From: Fibrobacteria bacterium
GTDB lineage: Bacteria > Fibrobacterota > Chitinivibrionia > Chitinivibrionales > FEN-1185
Assembly (NCBI GenBank): GCA_037447435.1
Contig: JBBIGR010000005.1
Coordinates: 102,995 to 166,994 of the forward strand
Direction: 5' to 3'
Length of the DNA: 64,000 nt
Shown here: piece after piece, positions 19,522 to 29,488 of the stretch
Layout: each line of letters starts with the position of its first letter
Position numbering within the stretch: the stretch's first letter is position 1
Program-made: the position numbers and the translations under genes
Notes under the pieces: generated by a model
What the model saw: the letters and a program-made list of their open reading frames with translations, nothing else
The model's database searches: none
Told to the model about the DNA's origin: nothing

Positions 19522-21240
19522 TTATCGCAAGAGCGGAATACTTTGATGCATAAAACTTCCATCGGCAAATACATACTTGGCATACAAAATACTGGAGACA
19601 ATATGAGGCAGATTGAGGTAAATGTTTCTATTATTATCAACGGAAACAAATTGTAAAAGCTGGCCCTTTACCGTATATAGCGAAATTGATTTAAGAACAT
19701 TTTTCTGACTCATGTTTATGGAAAAAACAGCTCTCGACCCAATAACATGGCACGAAACATATTCTCTTATTAATTCGGATTTCCTATTTACAACAGCAAC
19801 GGTGGGATTGTTAGTGATCTTTAAGGAATTTAATCCGGTTCTCACGAGAATCACGTCCCCTGCAGCCCATTGCTTTGTGCTCGTGAAAGCATAATCGACC
19901 CATGAATTGGCCTGACAAAGGGGCAAATATTTACCCAACATGCACTGCATATCGGTCTGAATTGAAAAAGGAGAAAGAATAAGCCGGACGATTCCAGTTT
20001 TAAGTCGCAGGGAATCGGTTGGGCATTGGCTATCGCCCCCGACAGTTACAATAGAATATTGACCGTTATTTTTTAAATCGATAGTATCTTTAACCGAAAA
20101 GGAAAAATCGGCATAACTATTATCCGGATCGCTCAGAGTGATGCTGACGGTATCTTTTTTAGTCGGTGAATATTGATAATTGAAATTATTCGAATAGGCA
20201 AATGGCTTGGTCGATGCAATCCTCGACGGATAATCATAATAGGTGATCGCCGATTTTTTCCATGCGGCGTCAATCAATTCGACCCCGGCACCGTCCCACC
20301 GATCCGTAAAATTCCCATATACATAGTCTGCGTTTCCGACTTTTTTATAGGCCCAAACCGAATCAATATAGGTCAACAATGTTCCTTGTTTGCCAACGGC
20401 TCCTTTTGAGTAGATATTCATTATCGCCGTATGCCCGAACATCCCTTTAAATGCAAATACATTGGCATTTTTAGCATACAATGCGCCGGACGACGTACCG
20501 GCATATCCGTTGCCGACGCAAAACACCGTATCGGTTGTTGCTAAATCATATTTTATTTCACTTCCCCATTGATCATTTGCCAAAGGAATATACCGGAGTA
20601 ATCCTTGGGATCCGCAAATCCATACTCCGATATCCTTGTTAAGCGTCGAATCAAATTGACCCAGAACACGAATAATTTCTTGTGCTGCAGAAAGCGAAGT
20701 CAATTTTAAAGTGTCCTGCTTCAGTATCGCCTGATTGGCGATTGAAACCGATAACGATAGGACTTGTTGTTGAGCCGTAGCCACCAATACATTGACAAAA
20801 GTTTTTCCGTATATCGCATTGTTCTTGGGTACATATAACGGCAAGGAATTGGCAAAGGCAATTCCGCTTGTCCTAATTTGAATCGGATCAAAAAATTCGA
20901 CGACACAAGGTGTGCAGCCGCCTTGGCAGGTATATGATGTTTTGACCATATACAATGCTTTAGTTTGACCAATAAACATTCCTATCGCACTATCCGCAAA
21001 CCCGCAAATATCAAATCGCAAGGGGCCGGCATTACATATGGCATCTGAGGTAAGAATAAAAATGCTGTCGTATGCCGTTGCAGCCCAGTTTTTTCCTGTA
21101 AAAGCAGGATGCAAGAACGCAAACGAGTTATTATCGGAATTGCATTGAGCCTTACTGGAAGGAACAAATAATAAGCACAGCAGCATAATGGAAAGCCACC
21201 AATGTTTTAAGTGCGTGTGTTTATTTTTGTTCAAACTCAT
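19522..21240 (-). CDS. Secreted hypothetical protein with T9SS-like C-terminal domain
   Basis: Signal peptide (SKA|Q), multiple Cys, beta-rich; tail 'ISLYTVKGQLL...ILYAKY'. Confidence 0.65.
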   Translation of the reverse strand: MSLNKNKHTHLKHWWLSIMLLCLLFVPSSKAQCNSDNNSFAFLHPAFTGKNWAATAYDSIFILTSDAICNAGPLRFDICGFADSAIGMFIGQTKALYMVKTSYTCQGGCTPCVVEFFDPIQIRTSGIAFANSLPLYVPKNNAIYGKTFVNVLVATAQQQVLSLSVSIANQAILKQDTLKLTSLSAAQEIIRVLGQFDSTLNKDIGVWICGSQGLLRYIPLANDQWGSEIKYDLATTDTVFCVGNGYAGTSSGALYAKNANVFAFKGMFGHTAIMNIYSKGAVGKQGTLLTYIDSVWAYKKVGNADYVYGNFTDRWDGAGVELIDAAWKKSAITYYDYPSRIASTKPFAYSNNFNYQYSPTKKDTVSITLSDPDNSYADFSFSVKDTIDLKNNGQYSIVTVGGDSQCPTDSLRLKTGIVRLILSPFSIQTDMQCMLGKYLPLCQANSWVDYAFTSTKQWAAGDVILVRTGLNSLKITNNPTVAVVNRKSELIREYVSCHVIGSRAVFSINMSQKNVLKSISLYTVKGQLLQFVSVDNNRNIYLNLPHIVSSILYAKYVFADGSFMHQSIPLLR

Positions 21241-21262
21241 ATTGTTTCAAACGTTACATGCA

Positions 21263-23976
21263 TCATGGATTATAAATAATTACGGAACTGGTTGCTACCT
21301 TTTTAGCCGTATTGGCATCGCCCAGTATTCCGCCGACTATATAAATCTTATTTTGATAAGAAACAGCTGCACAATAACTTCTCGGCTCAGGGAGCTGCGC
21401 TTTAACGCTCCATGAATTGCTTTGCGGATCATATTCTTCGATAGAGGCTAAGCCGGACCCCGATTTTGTACAACCTCCAATGGCGTATATTTTACCGTTT
21501 ACAACGGTGGAGCATAGTAACGAGCAATTTTAAGGGAATCTACCGCAGTTTCAATCGCATTGGTTGCAGGATTAAACACCTCCATTGACGAAAGAGCCGA
21601 ACCTTGCTCTAATGTTGCGGCTCCTCCCCAACCACCCATAATGTAAATTTTTCCACCGCTTGCAACCGCTTGAGAATAGGTCCTTGACGAATTTAAATAC
21701 ACCACTGTTTTAAGCACGCCGGTCGACAGGTCATATTCCAAGATTTTATTGCTTACATTTGTCGAACTCGTCATACCGCCGATGCTGTAAATTTTATTGC
21801 CGATCGAACATACTGCGTTGCCAATTAATGGAGAAGCCATTGTATATGCGGTCTGCCATGTTTGTCCTGTCGGCGAAATAGTGTCTATGGAGTTCGCATT
21901 TATCGCAGGTTTAAACTGCCCAACAACCTGGGCACCGCCTAAAACAACAATTGTATTTCCATTCGAAGCCATACCAAAATCAGAACGGGGTACGCTCAGT
22001 GAAATTGATTTTGTCCAGACCGAATTAACCGATAATGATTTTTTTTCGACTGCAGACATGGAATACGGTTGCATAGCTCCGGATTGACTGATGTACTGCG
22101 TACCGCCGGCAACATACAAAACATCATTCACCATTGTTGCTGCAACGGAAAACCTCGGTACTGCCATACTATCGGCGTACGACATGAAGCCGGATGTTGT
22201 CACAACCACATTCCAGCGCAACGAATCCTTTGCCCCCAGAGGGTCGGAAACGTAAAAAACAATACGTTTGCTACCGGTATCGATTTGAGAAGGTGTCCAT
22301 ACAAATGAATCCCCGGATATTGTACCATACGACGAGGATGCGGAGAAAGAAATGGAGTCTCCATTGATATCATGCGCGAGAAGCGATATTTTCATCCGGG
22401 AATTAATCGAAACGGTTCTCGGTAATGTCGTCGAATCGATGGTAAAAACAGGAGGAGAATTTTTTATCCATGCAGTGCATATTTTTCCCGGGCGCGAAAC
22501 ATTGTTTTGACTATCGGCAACTATAACAAAGTATTGTGCAGGCCCGGTTTTATACGTCGAGATCGTTTGCACGGTGTCTGTTCGAACCGAAATCGTGTTG
22601 ATCAAGGAATCTTTTAATTGGATTCTTTTAAATACCCGGTACGATGAAAATTCCTGGCTATTTGATTTTTGCCAATATAACGTGAGCGATGATAACGTCG
22701 AATCCGAACGGATGAGATCGACCGGATGAGGCCGTGTATGGACAGCAAGACTATCGACCCACGACATTCCTCTTTCATCAAGAGCCTTCACGAGTATTGT
22801 GCTGTTCCCGTCGTGCTGAAAAACGGTTTTAAGCGTATCGAGTCCCGCTTGTTGTAAAGCAATAACGGTTTTTAAAGGCGCCCTGCCCGTATCCTGCACA
22901 TACCAAACCAATTTTTTATTCGAGTAGCGATTATTTACAAAATGTACAATAACCGAAACCGAATCTCCTGCAACAATCGTATCTGAAGAAGTCGCGGCAA
23001 TCGAAAATTTAAAAATCGTTCTTGCATTATAGGGTGGAACAATTTGCATCGACACCGGCTGACTAAATAATCCCCTGTCGGCATTGTCAAATCCGGCTAC
23101 GGAATATTGGGCAGCAAATCGGGATGTGTCATTCAAATCCCGGTATAGCGTATCAAAAAAGATAGTATCGTTTTTTGAAATGGTGTCAAACCGGAACGCA
23201 TTTCCAATTTTGCCGTGACTGACGATATAACCCTGCAAATCATTTACCGGCAATTTGCTCCAAGAAACCGTTACACTCCCCTGGGCCGTATCGAGAAATG
23301 CATGAAGTGATCGCGGAGGGCCAAGCGGTTGATTTGGGTCAAGTGACAAAGAATCGATCCCGATATCCGCGGTATCACTCGAATGCACCACGATGGTATA
23401 AAGTCGCAACGGTAGATACGATTGTGCGGAAAAATAGACGGAGTAAGTATCTGGCGCAAGACCGGACATTACAAATTTGCCAGAGTCATCGGTTGTTGCT
23501 GAAATCGAAGTACCCGGGATGTAGCAATACGTACCTTCCATGGAATCTGGAGCAGAATATTTTACAATTTTTCCTTTTATAAATCCTGGTGCCAACATCA
23601 CACAACGCCCGACATTGATTTCATGGAAAACAGTGTCGGTATTCGGATCCTTTATTCCCCGGACGAGCACCACCAGCGTCTGATTCTTATAATTTCCATA
23701 AATGCTGTAGATGCCGCCGCCATGATCCCGTTTAATTTTGAAGCTGCCTTGATTGTCGGTAACGGCAAATGCAATAGAATCAAATGAAGTATCGGCAGTT
23801 GTGATCATCGTATCCAGTCGAACAACCGCGCCTTGGACAGGTTTTCCGTCTTTATCTACCATTGTACCGACAACCTCGGAACCGCCGGTCATCACAACGG
23901 AACTGGATTGCGTGCAAAGCAATTGCAATGCGCACAAGATGGTAAAAATAAGGCTTGTAAGTTTACGAAAGCTCAT
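21263..23976 (-). pseudogene. Large surface lipoprotein (carboxypeptidase-regulatory-like, Fn3/Ig, six Kelch repeats), frameshifted near 21511-21513
   Basis: Lipobox 'LQLLC'. The ORF stops at 21499 inside Kelch repeat 5; a shifted frame continues 'STVVNGKIYAIGG...EEYDP...PRSYCAAVSYQNKIYIVGG...IYNP*' to 21263. Confidence 0.85.
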
Positions 23977-23988
23977 ATGGTATTAAAA

Positions 23989-24816
23989 TTAACGTTTGGG
24001 AACAGGATTTGACAACGGGAAAACATGGAAATTAACATGGTATACCCTGTCCCTATTTTTATCGGCACGAACTATTTCCAAAATTTCTCTCCGAAAGGTT
24101 TTTAGGCGCTCATCAATTTGCTTGTATCCATCCGGCGAACAACTGAACGACAACGTCGACATACTTCGCTCTTCCCGCGGGTACCTGTCTATCGCTTTCC
24201 GAGCCAAGTCGATTGTCGAAACTAAAAAATTGGTGATCGCCACGGATTTGGCTTCATACCCGGTAGTAATAAATTCGTCGGTTTGGGAATATTGTCCTTG
24301 ATCGGATTTTTTAATAAACCCCATCTTTTCCAGGAGCTCGATTGATTTGCGGGCTTCGGTCGGCGTAATCGGCGGCGATACGCGTTTTGCAAGTTCGGCA
24401 AAATCCCCTTCGAATTTATATACGTCGAGCAGCTCCCGTATTGCCGTATGGTACCAAGTACTGTAAAACTCGTAATGCTGAGCGTCGGTAACTTTTATCT
24501 TTGACTTTTTAGATGAAAGGATTTTTTCAAAATAATATTTCTTTTGATCGTGATTCTTGGCTTGGTCAAAAAGAACAAGGAGTTCAAAATATTCGGTTTC
24601 ATTGCGTTTGAGTTTGAATACTTGGGCGAATTTAAATATGAATTCCGAAGAAATATTTCTCTTGCGTTGAATGACATTGACAAAAAATCCGGCAGAACTG
24701 AATCCTACTTTTTGTGCAATATATCGATAGGAGAAAAAGGGGAATTGGCTCTTTTTCTCCTCATATAAATCTTTAAGAAGTTTTCTGTAATCGATATATT
24801 CGTAAATATCTACCAT
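23989..24816 (-). CDS. TIGR02147 family protein (HTH-like N-terminus, DUF4423-like C-terminus)
   Basis: 'IYEYIDYRKLLKD', 'FSYRYIAQKVGFSS', 'FYSTWYHTAIRELL', 'ERSMSTL', 'VYHVNFHVFPLS'. Confidence 0.9.
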   Translation of the reverse strand: MVDIYEYIDYRKLLKDLYEEKKSQFPFFSYRYIAQKVGFSSAGFFVNVIQRKRNISSEFIFKFAQVFKLKRNETEYFELLVLFDQAKNHDQKKYYFEKILSSKKSKIKVTDAQHYEFYSTWYHTAIRELLDVYKFEGDFAELAKRVSPPITPTEARKSIELLEKMGFIKKSDQGQYSQTDEFITTGYEAKSVAITNFLVSTIDLARKAIDRYPREERSMSTLSFSCSPDGYKQIDERLKTFRREILEIVRADKNRDRVYHVNFHVFPLSNPVPKR

Positions 24817-24849
24817 ATAATCACTCTTTCACATCTCTATGTATTATAA

Positions 24850-24878
24850 AATATACGGGATTCGCATTGTTTTTTCAA
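24850..24878 (-). promoter_or_regulatory. Sigma70-type promoter of the TIGR02147 operon
   Basis: Minus strand TTGAAA-N17-TATATT. Confidence 0.6.
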
Positions 24879-24885
24879 GAGTGTG

Positions 24886-24924
24886 ACCTTAATAATGTTT
24901 TCTATGTGAAAACATTATTAAGGT
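24886..24924. repeat. Perfect 17-bp inverted repeat (operator and/or terminator)
   Basis: ACCTTAATAATGTTTTC-TATGT-GAAAACATTATTAAGGT. Confidence 0.85.
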
Positions 24925-24964
24925 TTTAAAATTTGTTAGGCATTGATTTTAATATAATTAACTA

Positions 24965-27088
24965 TTATTTTACGAACTTGACTGTGTTCATATATGTTTT
25001 TTTTCCAACAGAAAATACAACGAGATACATGCCGGGACACACTTGTTTGCCTTTTTCATCAAGTGCATCCCAAGAAATTCTGAAATTACATCCCAAAGTC
25101 ATTTCATTGACAAGCGTTCGAATAAGTTTACCTCTTGAATCAAAAATCCTAAGAGTCATTTTCTCCGGAGCGGGAATTTTTGCCATTGAAAAACGTATCA
25201 AAGTAGTTACCCTGAAAGGATTAGGCAGACATTGTGATAATTCAGTCATTTTTGCATTTGCGATCGACTTATCCTCGATAAGGTGCGTACTGGGCGGCAC
25301 AACAATCATCGATGTATACGGTGTAATAATATTGTACTTTTTTCCAAGAGACACCACCGCATTTTTAAGCTCGGGTGTCGTTCCATAAACGGATATGTCA
25401 TCAAGTAAGTAATTGATTTTTGCAGACGCCCACATTCGAGGGACAAACGGTTGATTTGCCGTTGCAGTCGATGGAAAAGCCAGCGATTTCGACAAGGTCA
25501 TTGTTTTTGATCCGACGCTGCCTGTTACGGTCACTTGTGCGGTTTGAGGGTTCGTGTACCTTCCGAGAACCGTCAATTGCGATTGTGCGTAAACATTTGG
25601 AAGAACGGGCGGATACACATCTTGTTTTGTCAATAGTCCATAATCGATCGCAAGATTCTTGATTGTCGGATGAGATATTTTTTGCATAAAAACTTCCAAC
25701 GTGCCTGCAATCGAATCATTACTCGTTATAAGCGCCGACAATCCGTTGTTCTTTTTCGCAAGCAGTTTTAAAAACGCAGGTATGATTTCCGCGGATGTGT
25801 CGCCGACCCCAAAAGAAGAAATGGAAACTTTCACAGCGGCATTCAACTTGGCAACAGTGTCGATAACAGCGGTCCAGTTGGTATCCGGCCAGGTCGGCTT
25901 GCCATCGGTTAAGAAGACGATAGTATTGACACAACTATCGACCCAGGTGTTTTGAAAGGCAGTTTTAAATGCATCCTGCATATTGGTCATTCCAGCAGCG
26001 CCGAGGCCGTTAATGAATGTGTGTGCGGTCCCTGCGTTGGTAGCGTTATACTCTACCAGATCGGATTTATAGGGAACGGATCCGGTACTGAACGATACGA
26101 TATTGAATTTATCGCCGGGATTAAGCATATCGACCATTGTATTCAATGCTTGCCTCAACTGAGTCATTCGTGTGCCGGCCATTGAGCTCGAGATATCGGC
26201 CATGAACACAATATTTTTCTTCATAACCTTATCCATTGTAACCGTATCAGGAGGCGTAATCCATAGCAAATAATAGGGATTATCACCCAATGTATCATAA
26301 AAATTTCCTCCCGGAAATGAAGGAGTATACGTCAGGTGGCTTATGGCATAATCCTGATTCTTCAGTTTATATTCGATAGTCAAATCTTTTTCGGAAACCG
26401 TGTTTTCCTGCCCGTAAACCATCGAATATGCAAAATCGGAAGTTTTCGTGATCGTTAATCCCTGCGATGCGGAATGCGTTTGGGATACGACAGATACTAT
26501 TTGCTGTTGCGAGGTGAGAGAAATAGTTACCGATGCACGCGAAACGGGCTTAGACGACATATTGACCGTTTTCATCAGAAAATCATATTTAATGGAACCG
26601 GCATCGTAGGGCAATAATTCAGCATACGTAATTTCTACCCTTCGTTCGGAATTAATTCCTGTCGCCTCAATAGGAAACACGGACAATTTGAACAGATTTT
26701 CCCCCATATACTCCAGAAGAGCAGGGTCGATTGAGCGACGCACCGTGGCGTCGTATATTGCTCTTGCAGTATCCGACTCCATGGTTTTTCCGACTTTTCT
26801 GATTCCATCTTCCCATAATGCCAGTTCGGTAATTATGGCATTTTTAGGCAAGGGAAAAATTAAAATCCCCTCCAACCGCATTCCCGTTTGATTCGTAAAT
26901 GTCTGGTCCACATGAGTTACGGCCATTTGGTCGGTTATTGTTGTTGTCGCATCGTATTTAGAAAGCCACAAGGGCGAATAGGCGGCATTAGAAAAAGCCT
27001 GATGCGCATAGAGTGCGCCGATTGCGAAAACTCCGCTGCTATACAAGGCTATACATGCCATCGCAGCAATAAAAACCCGTTTCCTCAT
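24965..27088 (-). CDS. Secreted VIT + vWA domain protein (inter-alpha-trypsin-inhibitor-like) with FlgD-Ig/T9SS-like C-terminus
   Basis: Signal peptide; VIT 'FPLPKNAIITEL', 'DPALLE'; MIDAS 'DISSSM', 'FLTDG'; 'ITPYTSMI'; tail 'PNPF...IFDSRGKLIRTL...WD...PGMYLV'. Confidence 0.88.
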   Translation of the reverse strand: MRKRVFIAAMACIALYSSGVFAIGALYAHQAFSNAAYSPLWLSKYDATTTITDQMAVTHVDQTFTNQTGMRLEGILIFPLPKNAIITELALWEDGIRKVGKTMESDTARAIYDATVRRSIDPALLEYMGENLFKLSVFPIEATGINSERRVEITYAELLPYDAGSIKYDFLMKTVNMSSKPVSRASVTISLTSQQQIVSVVSQTHSASQGLTITKTSDFAYSMVYGQENTVSEKDLTIEYKLKNQDYAISHLTYTPSFPGGNFYDTLGDNPYYLLWITPPDTVTMDKVMKKNIVFMADISSSMAGTRMTQLRQALNTMVDMLNPGDKFNIVSFSTGSVPYKSDLVEYNATNAGTAHTFINGLGAAGMTNMQDAFKTAFQNTWVDSCVNTIVFLTDGKPTWPDTNWTAVIDTVAKLNAAVKVSISSFGVGDTSAEIIPAFLKLLAKKNNGLSALITSNDSIAGTLEVFMQKISHPTIKNLAIDYGLLTKQDVYPPVLPNVYAQSQLTVLGRYTNPQTAQVTVTGSVGSKTMTLSKSLAFPSTATANQPFVPRMWASAKINYLLDDISVYGTTPELKNAVVSLGKKYNIITPYTSMIVVPPSTHLIEDKSIANAKMTELSQCLPNPFRVTTLIRFSMAKIPAPEKMTLRIFDSRGKLIRTLVNEMTLGCNFRISWDALDEKGKQVCPGMYLVVFSVGKKTYMNTVKFVK

Positions 27089-27193
27089 ATTAAACCTCCT
27101 TAAAAAAATGGATTACAAAAACGCAATGATTTTTTTCTCATGATTCAAATATACGATTCTATAAAAAAACAACAAGGAATGCTGCCAATAAGT

Positions 27194-27210
27194 GTTTTCT
27201 ACAAGAAAAC
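27194..27210. promoter_or_regulatory. Palindrome GTTTTC-N5-GAAAAC (same core as 24897-24913)
   Basis: GTTTTC-TACAA-GAAAAC in the divergent VIT/GT87 intergenic region. Confidence 0.55.
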
Positions 27211-27260
27211 GCCGCCGCAATTATATTTCATGAATCCGATTTCCACCCAAGGAGTCCACC

Positions 27261-28493
27261 ATGATCGATGCGCCCCAACCCGTGAAGAACACGTTTCAAA
27301 AAATTAAAATGCTTTACATCAAAGATTGGCGTTTTTCCTTTATTCTTTTGTATGCCATCATGTCCCTTTATGTTCTTGCGGAATTGAAAAACAATAGGTT
27401 CAGCATGAGCGATTTCAGCGTCTATTATAAAGCAGCATCTCGAGTGGTCCATGGAGAGAATTTGTTCCGTGCCGAGGAGGACGGGTTTTACCGCTTCAAA
27501 TACTCCCCGACTTCTGCAGTATTTTTCGTTCCATTCTCATTTTTGCCCAAGATCGTAGCCCAAACCGCATATTGGTTTTTCCTTGCTGCAATGATTTGCG
27601 TGGGGCTCTATATCTCTTTACGCCTCATTTCTCCCCGATTCCCCCAGAATTGCAATCCCAAAGAAACCAATAATCTTATTTTACTGACCGCACTCATCGC
27701 GAGTGTTCATGTCAGCAGAGAGTTGGAATTGGGGCAGGTCAATCAATTGCTCTTTGATATTTATATCCTGGGGATATTTTTGGTTTCTAGGAATAAAAAC
27801 ATCCTTGCCGGTTTTTTATTCGCGGCAACCGTGTTTTTAAAACCCTTTGCACTTATTTTTCTGCCCTGGCTCATTCTCCGTAAAAAATGGAAGAGCGCGG
27901 GATCATTCTTGCTGTTTATTGCATTTTTTGCCATTCTCCCGATCGTCTTCGAAAACTTCCGTATGCTTCATTCGCAATATCAAGGATGGTTTAGCGAAAT
28001 GACAATAGAATTGTCGCACAAGCAATCGCTTTTGGCCAAGGAGAACCATACGATTTTTTCAATCCTGGCGCGATACACTCCCTTACGATATACGTCGCTT
28101 GTGGTGGACCATGTGAAGCTGTTTCAGGCGATTGTTATGTGCTGTATTACAACCGGCTTTTCTTTTCTCATGTGGAAAGGACGATCCGTTTCTGCCCCAA
28201 TGATATCGGAAGGGGCCATATTGATATGCCTGATACCACTTTGCACATTTACAAGCCATAATGCATTCGGATTTTCCGAACTTGCCGTCATGATGCTTTT
28301 ATTCCATATGAAATCGATGCCCGTTTGGGCAAAGACCGTTTCAATTGTTGGTATGATCTTTGTCGGCGGAAATATTTATGATATAGTGGGACGAAAAATG
28401 TGGTTTATCCTTAACGATCTATCGTTGGTCGGAATCGGAGCAATGTTGCTTATTGCGGGGCTTTCGATTCTCAGAACTAAACGTGTATGTTAA
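27261..28493 (+). CDS. GT87/DUF2029 family GT-C glycosyltransferase
   Basis: 'DFSVYY', 'FKYSP', 'GQVN', 'FLKPF', many TM helices. Confidence 0.85.
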   Translation: MIDAPQPVKNTFQKIKMLYIKDWRFSFILLYAIMSLYVLAELKNNRFSMSDFSVYYKAASRVVHGENLFRAEEDGFYRFKYSPTSAVFFVPFSFLPKIVAQTAYWFFLAAMICVGLYISLRLISPRFPQNCNPKETNNLILLTALIASVHVSRELELGQVNQLLFDIYILGIFLVSRNKNILAGFLFAATVFLKPFALIFLPWLILRKKWKSAGSFLLFIAFFAILPIVFENFRMLHSQYQGWFSEMTIELSHKQSLLAKENHTIFSILARYTPLRYTSLVVDHVKLFQAIVMCCITTGFSFLMWKGRSVSAPMISEGAILICLIPLCTFTSHNAFGFSELAVMMLLFHMKSMPVWAKTVSIVGMIFVGGNIYDIVGRKMWFILNDLSLVGIGAMLLIAGLSILRTKRVC

Positions 28494-28534
28494 TTTTGAC
28501 TATCCCCTTGCAATTTTGATATAGGTACTAAAAA

Positions 28535-29488
28535 ATGCAAAAAATGATATTCATATTCTTAGACGGTGTCGGCATCGGCAAACAAAACGATGAGAATCCG
28601 TTTTTTGCAGCCAAATGCGACTACCTGCCTTTTTTCAAAGGAAACAAAGGACTGCCGAACGGATCACCTGTCAAGGAAATAGACGCGTTGCTTGGGGTGG
28701 AAGGGCTCCCGAACAGCGCATCCGGCCAAACCACCCTGTACACGGGAATAAATGTTCCCAAGTTGCTGGGTAAACACGCTCTCAGTTTTCCCAATGCAGC
28801 AATGCGGGAAATCATAGTACAACAAAATTTACTATCGCAATTGATAAAAAAAGGCAAAAATGCGGTTTTCATCAATGCCTATCCTCTGCATGCCCAATTT
28901 TTCGGAAAAGAGAATGCAAGCATTGCCGATAACGGCGAGGTCAAATTTTCGGCCCAATTTCCCCAAGCATTCAGACGAAGGCTTTCGGCAACATCCTGTA
29001 TGATGATTGCGGCAAACCAGCGTCCTTTCGATGAGGCCGATTTAATCGACGAACAATGCCTTTATCAGGATTTTTCAAACCGTTTGCTTATAGAGCGTGG
29101 ATTTAAAATCCCTGTTTTTAGTCCGGAAAAAGCCGCGAAAATTTTATATTCCGCATCGCGGAATCATGATTTTATTTTATATGAATTTTTTCAAACCGAC
29201 GTTTGCGGCCATAGAGGAAGCTTTGATGATCAAAAGAATCTGGTCATCGAATTGAACAGACTAATCGGCCACCTATTATCCCTGTTCGATTTGGAAACAG
29301 ACACCCTAATCCTGACCAGCGATCACGGGAACCTCGAGGACAACTCAAGCCCGATGCATACGACAAATCCGGTTCCATTCATATGTTTTGGCAATCAATC
29401 CGAAACCATACGGAAATCGGTTAATTCTCTGGCCGATGTAACGCCGACAATTGTGGATATTTTTTCCAAAAGCTACAATATCGAATAG
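28535..29488 (+). CDS. Alkaline-phosphatase-superfamily metalloenzyme (iPGM/phosphopentomutase-like)
   Basis: 'FLDGVGIG', 'PNSASGQT', 'TDVCGH', 'TSDHGN', 'HTTNPVP'. Confidence 0.85.
   Translation: MQKMIFIFLDGVGIGKQNDENPFFAAKCDYLPFFKGNKGLPNGSPVKEIDALLGVEGLPNSASGQTTLYTGINVPKLLGKHALSFPNAAMREIIVQQNLLSQLIKKGKNAVFINAYPLHAQFFGKENASIADNGEVKFSAQFPQAFRRRLSATSCMMIAANQRPFDEADLIDEQCLYQDFSNRLLIERGFKIPVFSPEKAAKILYSASRNHDFILYEFFQTDVCGHRGSFDDQKNLVIELNRLIGHLLSLFDLETDTLILTSDHGNLEDNSSPMHTTNPVPFICFGNQSETIRKSVNSLADVTPTIVDIFSKSYNIE

Noticed and set aside
21499..21516. Programmed ribosomal frameshift or phase variation in the Kelch gene
   Set aside because: No slippery heptamer, homopolymer or short tandem repeat at the shift site.
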